Positions 7,569-15,415 of a stretch of 20,971 bases of DNA are shown one piece after another. The translations under genes and the position numbers were made by a program. Source of the DNA: Candidatus Bathyarchaeum sp. (GTDB taxonomy: Archaea; Thermoproteota; Bathyarchaeia; Bathyarchaeales; Bathyarchaeaceae); NCBI GenBank assembly GCA_026014495.1, contig JAOZIF010000133.1, forward strand, positions 1 to 20,971, in the 5' to 3' direction. How positions within the stretch are numbered: position 1 is the first letter of the stretch; each line of letters opens with the position of its first letter. The notes beneath the pieces are model-generated. The model made no database searches and was not told the origin of the DNA. It saw only the letters and a list, made by a program, of their open reading frames with translations.

Positions 7569-8279
7569 ATGGCTAAGCCGATGAAACGTGCAGAACAAGT
7601 AGAAATTATCTATGATAAGAAACGTTGGGAACTTTTGAAACAATTAAGGTTACAAACTATTCAGATAATGGAGGCTTTGAATAAATGTCATCTACGACCT
7701 ATTGTTAATGGAAGCATTGCTAGGGGTGATGTTTCGGAAACAAGTGACATAGATGTGTTCTTGCCAGAACCTCCTTCTTCATTTATTGTAGAAACGGTGC
7801 TTGAGCGGTCTGGTTTTCAGGGTTATCAAAGAAAAATTATACAGGCCACACCATTATACGCCTTGAAAGGATACATTGAATTGAACCATCAAACTAGTCT
7901 CTCGTTTCCTTTGGTGAAGCTGCGTCCAGTCGAAAAGGAGTTTTATAGGTTTGGGGGCGAAGCCACACTTTCCACCCTAAAAGAGGAAAAAAGGGTTTTA
8001 GGAGTAGACAAGCGACTCATGCTTATAGAACCCACAACACATGGGCATACAGAGAGCACAGTCGTAGGTCGCGAAAAAGAGTCTGCTAACCGTTTGGGAG
8101 TCTCTTTGAACACAGTATTGGACCGTACACGTGCACTTCTACGCCGTGATGAGGTGGGAAGAACAGGAGTTTTTATTGAAAGAGAATTAGATTTCGACGA
8201 AACGTTTGAGCAGGCAATGAAGAAACTTGCGGACCATAATCCTGCTGTTCGCAGGCGCATAAGATTTTACAGAAAATAA
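7569..8279 (+). CDS. Predicted archaeal nucleotidyltransferase (COG2413-like, Pol-beta fold)
   Basis: GSIARGDV..TSDID motif; FGG...L...RV.GVDKRL..IEPT..GH; R...L.RRD..GRTGVF. Confidence 0.8.
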   Translation: MAKPMKRAEQVEIIYDKKRWELLKQLRLQTIQIMEALNKCHLRPIVNGSIARGDVSETSDIDVFLPEPPSSFIVETVLERSGFQGYQRKIIQATPLYALKGYIELNHQTSLSFPLVKLRPVEKEFYRFGGEATLSTLKEEKRVLGVDKRLMLIEPTTHGHTESTVVGREKESANRLGVSLNTVLDRTRALLRRDEVGRTGVFIERELDFDETFEQAMKKLADHNPAVRRRIRFYRK

Positions 8280-8290
8280 TTGACTAGCGG

Positions 8291-9370
8291 CTAGGGCAAC
8301 GGAAACCGCAGAAGGGCTGCAATACCACCAAGTGAAAGTAGTTTGGTTCCTGCTTCGTGTTCGGTACTTAGGACCATGACGTCTCCACGAGCTTCTTCAA
8401 CATTTTTCATTACATTTTCTAGGGCTATTCTCTTTTCGTCTGTGGTTTCTCTTAGGGTTGAATCGGCAACTAGAAGTTTTTCAACTGCGCCATAATTTGT
8501 TGCTTTTTTAACATCATCAAGTCCGTAAGTTATTGTGTTCTTGCCTTTTCCAAGTCGTGCTAAGAACTCTTCCATAGCATTCATTTCGTCAGTTACTCTC
8601 AGGTGTTGTAGCATGTTAGCAAGAATGCCTGAGCGAAGTGATTCTTGTATTCCAGATAAACCTGCACTGTTTACTCCTTTTATGCCAATAATGGATGCTG
8701 CAAGGTCTTTAGATTCACTCTTAACATAATCACCAAAATCATCCTTGATGAATCCGGGTCCAATAATAACTATCGGACTCTTAATTGGAGCCCATGCTTC
8801 CCGCAAAGACTTAAGTGCACCCTTAAAAAACAGCTGTTTTGCTTTTACTCTTTTTTCTGCCTCAAACTTTCCTGGAAGTTTAGTTCGCTCTCCAGTTTTC
8901 ACGTCGATACCATATTGACGCAAGATAGCGACACAATATTCTTCGTCGTCTATCGAGATTATGGTGAGGGGTGCAGCTGTGAGTTTGCTTGCTCGCTTTA
9001 AGCGGTCCAGATGGTGTTTTAGCCAGCGCTTTTTAACAATAGTTAGAGGCGTATTAACAGAAATACTAATTGTGTGCCGAGAACCATTTATGCTCAATTT
9101 TTCAGGTGCATCAACTACGATTCCTGTTATTCTCAATCTATTGAGAACTCTGTCCCAGTACATTTTTTCAACTTGCACGCCCAGATTGACGGGGACTCTT
9201 TTTGCTTTGGTTGGTCTTGCATACTGATCATCCGGCTTCACTTGTCTAGTTGTACGGGCGTGAACCTCATCCTTTGTGAGAATTATGTTGTACAAGTGCC
9301 ACAGGTCGTCTAGACTCTCTGGCATGAGCTTAACGAATCTTTTCTTGAGGTCTATTCGAAAAATTTTCAA
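8291..9370 (-). CDS. pelA: Pelota / Dom34 ribosome-rescue factor
   Basis: PESLDDLWHLYNII; GSRHTI; GPGF.K; YGLDDV.KA.NYGAVEKLLV; STEHEAG.KL..LGGIAALLRF. TTG 9370 preferred (track start 9400). Confidence 0.95.
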   Translation of the reverse strand: MKIFRIDLKKRFVKLMPESLDDLWHLYNIILTKDEVHARTTRQVKPDDQYARPTKAKRVPVNLGVQVEKMYWDRVLNRLRITGIVVDAPEKLSINGSRHTISISVNTPLTIVKKRWLKHHLDRLKRASKLTAAPLTIISIDDEEYCVAILRQYGIDVKTGERTKLPGKFEAEKRVKAKQLFFKGALKSLREAWAPIKSPIVIIGPGFIKDDFGDYVKSESKDLAASIIGIKGVNSAGLSGIQESLRSGILANMLQHLRVTDEMNAMEEFLARLGKGKNTITYGLDDVKKATNYGAVEKLLVADSTLRETTDEKRIALENVMKNVEEARGDVMVLSTEHEAGTKLLSLGGIAALLRFPLP

Positions 9371-9641
9371 AAAAACTCTATCCTTTCCAAACGAGAACAA
9401 TGTACTAGTGATTGCTAAAACCGTTAAAAGCGTATTGGAGTATTGTTTCCTCAGTTTGCTGTTAAGATTCTGTTTAGTTTGTGAGAAATAAAAAATGCAT
9501 AAAATAACATCATTTGTAAGAAAAAGGCAAGAGATTAGGTTCCAAAAATAGATTTTATCTAGTCTGGAAGACTAATCAAACCAAATGTAAGGAGACTCTG
9601 TTTGCCTCCATAACACATTTACTTTTCTCGATTTTTGCGGT

Positions 9642-10784
9642 CTAAGCTAAGATTTCCTCGAACGTCATTAGTTTTAGTTTTAATGGCTGTTTCATTGCAG
9701 CTGAAACACGGGCAGCTACAAGATAGTTAACGTTTCGTTCTGCAGCGATATCCACGAGCCTCTGAGTTATTACACCATCAAAGACTACGGTATCGATATC
9801 TTTCATTTGCTGAAGTTTCTCTGCAAGTTCTCTTACGGGCATACGACCCACCTGCTTCATTTGTGCGTCAAGGAGAACAGCTTCCAAAGTTCCACCTAAC
9901 TCTTTTGCGGTTTCAGCGATTTGCTTTGGAACTATTTTCTTTCGGCGTTCCTTCTTTTTGACCACTTTGACTTTTTCGACTGCAACTTTGGATTTTAGGG
10001 CTTTTTCAATCTCTTTGAAGGTTAGGTCTTCTACTTCTTTGCCTCTAGGTGCTCTAGCAACATACTTTAGAGTGGTTACTTGTTGAAGTTCCTTGAGAAT
10101 AAGGTCTCCGCCTCGGTCACCATCTAGAAACGCAGTGGCTTCTCGTTCATTGCATAGTTTGATTATACTTTGTGGGATTTTAGCGCCTTCTACTGCTATT
10201 GTGTTTTGTATTCCAGCTCTTAGAAGATTAATTACGTCTGCTCGTCCTTCCACGACAATTATCTGTTTTGCACGATTAAGTTCTGGTCCCGCAGTTAATC
10301 CTTCAGGTCCATATTTTTCAACCCGTGCGAGCCTCAACATTTCTGAGACTTCCCTGAAAATTTCGTCCGTGCCGGGCATTGTTTCGACGGTCCATTTCTG
10401 AAGAACGTCTTTGGCGCGGTCTATAATGATTCTTCGTCTAGCGTCACGTATATCCTCTATTTTGTTTAGAATAACAGACGCTTTGCAGGGTCCTACCCGG
10501 TCTATGCTTTCAATGCTAGCTGCGATAATTGCAGTTGAGACACGGTCTAGGCTTGTTGGGATGTTTATTTTTCCTGTTGTTTTATCTTGTTTTGAGTCTA
10601 AACTAATTTCTATTCTGCCGATTCTACCTGATTTTTGGAGTTCACGGAGGTCGAGTTCTGGTCCAAACAATCCTTCAGTTTGTCCAAAAAGTGCCCCGAT
10701 CACATCCGGCTTTTCAACTACTCCCTCCACTTCGAATCGGGCGCGAATAACATACTTTATCGTAACAGTTTGTGCTGATTTCGT
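9642..10784 (-). CDS. dnaG: Archaeal DnaG (TOPRIM; exosome-associated primase-like protein); start codon uncertain
   Basis: GVVEKPDVIGALFGQTEGL.G.ELDLRELQK.GRIGRI; IIVVEGRADV; AFLDGDRGG. The conserved N-terminal ...TIKYVIRARFEV lies in frame upstream of the first GTG (10730), and the frame is open to 10790. Confidence 0.93.
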   Translation of the reverse strand, partial: TKSAQTVTIKYVIRARFEVEGVVEKPDVIGALFGQTEGLFGPELDLRELQKSGRIGRIEISLDSKQDKTTGKINIPTSLDRVSTAIIAASIESIDRVGPCKASVILNKIEDIRDARRRIIIDRAKDVLQKWTVETMPGTDEIFREVSEMLRLARVEKYGPEGLTAGPELNRAKQIIVVEGRADVINLLRAGIQNTIAVEGAKIPQSIIKLCNEREATAFLDGDRGGDLILKELQQVTTLKYVARAPRGKEVEDLTFKEIEKALKSKVAVEKVKVVKKKERRKKIVPKQIAETAKELGGTLEAVLLDAQMKQVGRMPVRELAEKLQQMKDIDTVVFDGVITQRLVDIAAERNVNYLVAARVSAAMKQPLKLKLMTFEEILA

Positions 10785-10863
10785 TTCTAGTCACCTCAAT
10801 CATAATATTGTCCCCGTGAAAACTGAGACAAATCTGTTTTAGGTCTTCAGTGTCTATTATACT

Positions 10864-11280
10864 TTACGACATTAAGCGTTTATTTTTCAAAGTTTCAATA
10901 TAACTTGCTAAACCTTCGATGTCTTTAACATCATGACCTACCAAACCTAAAATCAGCCTCCAAAAAATGAGGTTTGGAGTTATTTTCAGCCTTTCCAAGC
11001 TGCTAGACAAGCGCTGAGTCCATTCTTTGCCACGTCGGTCAAAATCAAAAAGGAGAATAACTTCGCGGCTTTCTTTTTGCTCGATTTCACAAAGAACATC
11101 AAGAAAAGATTTTCCCGAACTTTTTGCCAAGATTATGTCGCCAGATATCCCCAATTTGTGAAGAGAGTGAACGTCGTTTTTTCCTTCTACAACAATTGGA
11201 GTGCCTTTAGCAGATTGTTTTTCTAGTCGTTCTAAGATTTCGTAGATTCGTTCTAGTCGTTTCTCTGTTTTTGTTGACAA
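10864..11280 (-). CDS. Small TOPRIM-domain protein (COG1658-like)
   Basis: PIVVEGKND...L..LGI; VILLFDFDRRG; KDIEGL. Confidence 0.88.
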   Translation of the reverse strand: MSTKTEKRLERIYEILERLEKQSAKGTPIVVEGKNDVHSLHKLGISGDIILAKSSGKSFLDVLCEIEQKESREVILLFDFDRRGKEWTQRLSSSLERLKITPNLIFWRLILGLVGHDVKDIEGLASYIETLKNKRLMS

Positions 11281-11285
11281 CTCTT

Positions 11286-12371
11286 TTACCTAGTTATCTC
11301 TATCTTCAACATTTTTTCTAGCGTCTCTGGATTTTTTTTGAAGTGTTCGCGGACTGGTCTGAGTATTTCAGTTAAAGATTCAGTGACGCCGTTCTTCAGG
11401 TCTAGGGGATGTATTTTTCCTGCACTGTAAACGTTTGCAAGACTTTCGAAGCTTTCAAAGGTTTCAGGACCACCATATTTGGCTGGGCGTGGAATGGTCA
11501 ATTTGTCTGTTTCTGGATAAATTATTAGTTTAGCTAACTCAAGTATGGGATTGTTTTTCACAACTTTGGGAGGACAATATGCATTCTTTATTTTTGAGGC
11601 GATATCCTCTACGGAGTCGTGAACTAGTATGCTGCTTTGTGGAATGCTTTTGGACATTTTTGAGCTGATTTCAACATTTAATTCCGCATTTTCGTCAAAC
11701 ATTTTTTCTGCTGTTTGGGGACCTTGAAGTCCAATAAGTAAGGGAGTGTGAATGCAAACGGGCTTGTTCCATTTGAGCTTCTCTGCGGCGTCTCTTGCTA
11801 GCATGTGGGCTTTTCTTTGGTCTATGCCTGAGCAGGCTACGTCCATGTCCATCTCAAAGATGTCTGCAGCTTGCATACAGGGATAAAATACCCAAGCTGT
11901 TTCGATGTCGGTCATGCTTGTTTCGCGCCCCATAACAGGCAGGGCACGCCATGTTCGCTTAACTGAAACGCTTTTGGCTATGCGGACGACTTTTTCCCAA
12001 AATTCAACGTTTTCGGTTATCTCTGATGCCCAACGGAAATCTACTTTGTCTGGTGTTAATCCTAAGGCAATAAAGATTTGCTTGAGGTACTCTCCACAGG
12101 TGCGGATGTTTTCCATGTCTCCGCCTAATTTGTTGTTTATCCACGAGTGCCAGTCAGCTAGAAAGATTGTGAACTTGAATCCAGCGTTTACTAAATGTTT
12201 TATTTTTGCTGAGCACACCAACCCTATGCCTATGTGCAATAGTCCAGAGCATTCAAAACCCCAGTAAGCGTTGGGGCTGTTGTTTGTTTCTAGTAATGTG
12301 CGGACTTCTTGGGGGGTTACAACTTCCGCAGTGTTTCTCATGACAAGATCGATTCTTTTTTGCAGGTCCAA
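11286..12371 (-). CDS. tyrS: Tyrosine--tRNA ligase (archaeal type)
   Basis: AYWGFE.SG.LHIG (HIGH); YP.MQAADIF..D.D....G.DQRK.HMLARD; KMSKS; HPLDLK. TTG 12371 (MDLQKRIDLV) preferred (track start 12392). Confidence 0.97.
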   Translation of the reverse strand: MDLQKRIDLVMRNTAEVVTPQEVRTLLETNNSPNAYWGFECSGLLHIGIGLVCSAKIKHLVNAGFKFTIFLADWHSWINNKLGGDMENIRTCGEYLKQIFIALGLTPDKVDFRWASEITENVEFWEKVVRIAKSVSVKRTWRALPVMGRETSMTDIETAWVFYPCMQAADIFEMDMDVACSGIDQRKAHMLARDAAEKLKWNKPVCIHTPLLIGLQGPQTAEKMFDENAELNVEISSKMSKSIPQSSILVHDSVEDIASKIKNAYCPPKVVKNNPILELAKLIIYPETDKLTIPRPAKYGGPETFESFESLANVYSAGKIHPLDLKNGVTESLTEILRPVREHFKKNPETLEKMLKIEITR

Positions 12372-12475
12372 GTGAGATGCCCTCTTCCTCACTCATTTTA
12401 GTTTATCAACTTAAAAGTTCTTGTCACAAGCATATATCTTTACGAGAAAAGACGGGTTAGCTGCGTATTTTGATG

Positions 12476-12670
12476 TTAGTCATCAAACAAAAACAGGTCA
12501 TCTATTGTTGTTTTTAGAACTTTAGCAACATCATGTGCAAGATTTAGAGATGGATTGTATTTTCCTTTTTCCATGTAAAGTATTGTTTCTCTTCTTACTC
12601 CAACCTTTTTTGCAAGGTCTTCTTGGGTCAGGTTGTGTCTTGCTCGCAGCTCTTTGATTTTTGTTCTCAT
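12476..12670 (-). CDS. XRE/Cro-C1 HTH transcriptional regulator (~64 aa)
   Basis: [54 protein letters not shown]. The start overlaps the upstream stop (ATGATG). Confidence 0.93.
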   Translation of the reverse strand: MRTKIKELRARHNLTQEDLAKKVGVRRETILYMEKGKYNPSLNLAHDVAKVLKTTIDDLFLFDD

Positions 12671-13005
12671 CATAGGTCGCCTTTTCTGCTGTAATACCAA
12701 CTTAACAGGGCATTTGAGATACCAGAAACGAGCATTATTGCAATTATAGCCCATCCAGCGTCAAGTTCTGGCAAATCTAGAAACTCGGTTCCGAATATTA
12801 TGAACAACGCTAGTGATACCATGAAAGCTAAACTGATGTAGTAAGTTCCAATAGCTGCTCTTCCAGTGATCTTTATGGTGCGTTCATCTTTAGTAGGATA
12901 ACCTGCTTTTTTGTCTTTATGAATTTTCCATAAAACAAGCACTCCAACAAGGAGCACAAGTACTGCGTTCACGAGTAAGATTGTTGGCCACACAAAATCG
13001 GTCAT
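12670..13005 (-). CDS. DUF2178-family membrane protein
   Basis: Three hydrophobic segments; [19 protein letters not shown] motif; typical pairing with a downstream XRE gene. Confidence 0.75.
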   Translation of the reverse strand: MTDFVWPTILLVNAVLVLLVGVLVLWKIHKDKKAGYPTKDERTIKITGRAAIGTYYISLAFMVSLALFIIFGTEFLDLPELDAGWAIIAIMLVSGISNALLSWYYSRKGDL

Positions 13006-13008
13006 TTT

Positions 13009-13206
13009 TTATGGTTCCTCCTTTTTCTTTCCTGCAAACGATACTGTGTTGCCAGTGCTTATCAGGCCTATTCCGGTTATGCCCACAACTGTTGCGATGC
13101 CTGTGTGGTCTGCGCCTATGATTGGTTCTCCAAAAGCCATCAAGTATGCGCCGACTAGACAGGTTGCTATTCCCAAGATGCGAATTATGTTGCTCCATTT
13201 TTTCAC
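13009..13206 (-). CDS. Small two-TM membrane protein of unknown function
   Basis: 65 aa with two hydrophobic helices. GGAGG SD before GTG. Lies 3 nt from the next gene. Confidence 0.7.
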   Translation of the reverse strand: MKKWSNIIRILGIATCLVGAYLMAFGEPIIGADHTGIATVVGITGIGLISTGNTVSFAGKKKEEP

Positions 13207-13249
13207 AGTTTTTCCTCCATTATTTATTTCTCACATTTTATGAGTTATT

Positions 13250-13290
13250 TCTAACTTCATGTTAGATATAGATAACATTTAGGTATTTAA
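13250..13290 (-). promoter_or_regulatory. Promoter with an overlapping palindromic operator for the XRE cassette
   Basis: TATA-like TTAAATA at 13290-13284 (minus strand). Inverted repeat TCTAAC-ttcat-GTTAGA at 13250-13266 covers the expected start site (~13261). Confidence 0.55.
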
Positions 13291-13462
13291 GGTTAACGGA
13301 AAACAACGCATCAAATGCATGTGTAAACTTTTTTTGAAAACAGGTGCAGTGCAGAAAAATTCAGAAAAAAGCTAGTTTTCAACAATCTACTGCTATTAGA
13401 CTCCTAATAGACTACAAATAGACAGCATGAAAGTGTGAAATTTTACACGTACCAAAGAAGTG

Positions 13463-13700
13463 AATGTCGCGGGCGTGTGTCCCACGCAACTAACTCTGCA
13501 TCCTCACAGCCGGAGCTAAAACGCTCTTCTCAGATGAGCTCTCTCAAACGTGGGTTAAGTTTTGCCCGCGCCCACCGTGTCCCATGCCTGGGTAAACCCT
13601 CCGTCAACGGTTAGGTGTAAAACACCATCCTCTGTCGAGTCCGTCGGCATGAGCCCGCATAAGGTTCCGGCAGGATTATGCTCCAGCCAACTATCATCGC
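13463..13700 (-). ncRNA. Structured GC-rich ncRNA, candidate two-hairpin box H/ACA guide RNA with a 5' extension
   Basis: About 56% GC by my count over 13461-13700, against AT-rich flanks. Stems: 13468-13474/13564-13570, 13481-13486/13549-13554, 13581-13588/13646-13653. ACA sits directly 3' of both lower stems (13467-13465, 13580-13578). Pockets match rRNA sequences recalled from memory. Upstream promoter-like motif and downstream pyrimidine run. Confidence 0.6.
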
Positions 13701-13725
13701 AACTAAAAAGACGTCTTAGGGGGAC

Positions 13726-13737
13726 ATTAAACGTTTC
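13726..13737 (-). promoter_or_regulatory. BRE+TATA-like element for the ncRNA
   Basis: GAAACGTTTAAT resembles the AAAACCTTTAAA elements upstream of trpS (~18184-18173) and pheS (~16989-16978). Confidence 0.45.
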
Positions 13738-13747
13738 TATTCAAGCA

Positions 13748-15415
13748 CTACTTGTTTTTGTCTATAATTTTTTGGAGGTCTATCTCGAATGCGCCTGTTG
13801 GATTTTCCAACTCGAAGTTGTTAAGTAATTCTGGGTGAATTTCGCCAACAACACCAAGCGTCATATCATTTAATGAAATGGTGGCGGCTCTTCCCTGTAG
13901 AAAACTTGGATTATTTGTCTCGGTTACGGTCCAGTTTTCAAAGCCTAAATTAGTCAGCAATGATTCGAGAACAGATTTTATTTCCGTGAAGTTGGCTGTT
14001 GGATGGGATGAAACTGCTGCAAGGTGTATTCTTCGTTCAGTATATGTTTCAGAGTTGTCATCGAGCTTGATTACGTCGGAGACTTCGAACATTCTTTGTG
14101 GAAAGACATGGTGTTTACTGACTGCCAAGTTTTTCATTAGGCTAGGCAACAAATCGTTTCTTATTATGGAGTAATCTGTAGAAACAGGGTTCGCCAAAGT
14201 CACAAGCCCTTCAGGTTTTTGTAGCATCTTGTAGTAGTTGTCATCCTCGTTGGTGAGAACAAAGTTTAGGGCTTCTGTAAATCCTAAACCAATCATTATC
14301 TGACGCACAGCAGTGGTTATCTCGGTAACTATGTGCTTTTTGCCTGTCGTTACTGTTGCTGGTTTTGTGGGTTCCAACCTGAAAATTCCGTAGCCAACAG
14401 CAACTTCTTCAACAAGGTCAATCTCGTGCAGTATATCTGTGCGGTAGGCGGGAATTGTGACATCTAAAACTCCTTTTTCAACAATTTTTGCGTCTAGCCT
14501 AGACTTTTGCAATGCATCTATGGTTTGTTTTTCTGAAAAATCTAGCCCTAAGCGCATGTTAGAGAAATCTACATTCAAAGTCATTTTTTGAGGCGTAAGG
14601 TCTGGAGTAACCAAAACATGGTCAGAGTATGTTACATTAACAGTTTCTATGGTGCCGCCCATGTCTGCAAGCGCTGTAACTAGAACGTTTAAACTTCGTT
14701 GCACAGCATTTAGGTCTGTTCCTGTAACTTCAATGAAAAGGTCGTGTGTATTTTCGTCTACTTTTGTTAATTCACCATTAATTATTGGGGGAAACGAAAG
14801 AATTTGACCTTTACAATCAACAACCAATGGATATCTTGGTGCCCAATCAACTTGACTTTTGTAAGCTATACCTTTTTCGTGCTTTTCCAAAACGTCCTGT
14901 GGGGTCATTTCTTCTGTTTTGTCTAAGGGCACAAACTTAACACCATCTGGAGCGCACGTAACGTACGAGAATGGGGGCGTGACTGCGTCAAGTTTGTGAA
15001 CTCCAATTGAGGCTTTTTTTCGGTCTCTGCCAATCATCCAATGCAGAGCCTCTTGTAGCTCCATAAGCTCGCGGATAGTATCAGAGTCAATTTTTAGTCC
15101 ACGAACAGTAGCACAAACAATGTAGGGGCGCACTTGTGCTACGCTTTTGTCCACTGTTAATGTGATATTTCCTTGTTTGACATCATATTTGGGTAATCCA
15201 GTTTCCCAGCCCATAAGCCCACAGAACGCTCTGGCAACTCCAGCAATGCTAGAAAAATCTACACGATTTGGGTTATACTCAATTTTCACGGAATCTTGTG
15301 CAACATCTTCTATGTCTGTTCCCAGCCACGGAAGCTGTTTTGCCATATCTTCCACTGATATGTTACGTCCAACATAGGACGAGAAACGTTCTTTGTCTAA
15401 GGTTATTGTTGGCAC
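13748..15415 (-). CDS. pheT: Phenylalanine--tRNA ligase beta subunit (archaeal type)
   Basis: EYNPNR.D; LQEALH..IGRDRKKASIGVH; FPPIING; IPAYRTDILHEIDLVEEVAVGYG; GEIHP. GTG 15415 preferred (track start 15436). Confidence 0.97.
   Translation of the reverse strand: MPTITLDKERFSSYVGRNISVEDMAKQLPWLGTDIEDVAQDSVKIEYNPNRVDFSSIAGVARAFCGLMGWETGLPKYDVKQGNITLTVDKSVAQVRPYIVCATVRGLKIDSDTIRELMELQEALHWMIGRDRKKASIGVHKLDAVTPPFSYVTCAPDGVKFVPLDKTEEMTPQDVLEKHEKGIAYKSQVDWAPRYPLVVDCKGQILSFPPIINGELTKVDENTHDLFIEVTGTDLNAVQRSLNVLVTALADMGGTIETVNVTYSDHVLVTPDLTPQKMTLNVDFSNMRLGLDFSEKQTIDALQKSRLDAKIVEKGVLDVTIPAYRTDILHEIDLVEEVAVGYGIFRLEPTKPATVTTGKKHIVTEITTAVRQIMIGLGFTEALNFVLTNEDDNYYKMLQKPEGLVTLANPVSTDYSIIRNDLLPSLMKNLAVSKHHVFPQRMFEVSDVIKLDDNSETYTERRIHLAAVSSHPTANFTEIKSVLESLLTNLGFENWTVTETNNPSFLQGRAATISLNDMTLGVVGEIHPELLNNFELENPTGAFEIDLQKIIDKNK

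Noticed and set aside
7569-8279. MNT-HEPN toxin-antitoxin pair
   Set aside because: There is no adjacent HEPN gene, and the protein is much longer than a minimal nucleotidyltransferase.
9276-9491. 71-aa plus-strand ORF in the pelota-dnaG gap
   Set aside because: It partly overlaps pelota antisense, has low complexity and shows no family motif.
9451-9513. Possible box C/D sRNA on the minus strand (AUGAUGU ... CUGA) with CUUAACAG complementary to 16S
   Set aside because: The C box is degenerate, there are no C'/D' boxes, the sequence is very AT-rich, and pairing fails next to the D box.
12671-12754. N-terminal extension of the XRE ORF to 92 aa; also the 12917-13198 ORF
   Set aside because: Both are alternative-frame overlaps of DUF2178 or the small membrane gene. 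The ATGATG coupling gives a typical 64-aa XRE protein.
13632-13656. tmRNA-like 5' motif (GGGCUC...GGACUCGAC) on the minus strand
   Set aside because: There is no T-arm/CCA 3' end and no tag ORF, and tmRNA is not expected in archaea.
13463-13700. RNase P RNA, SRP RNA, known riboswitch or TnpB-associated RNA
   Set aside because: No GAGGAAAGUCC-type or ACAGAA..GGCU boxes, no GGAAGG.AGCAG helix-8 motif, no riboswitch consensus that I recognise, and no adjacent tnpB or transposase remnant. An Rfam scan is still needed.
13562-13828. 88-aa plus-strand ORF over the ncRNA
   Set aside because: No recognisable motif or SD, and it overlaps pheT antisense. It is better explained by the GC-rich RNA.
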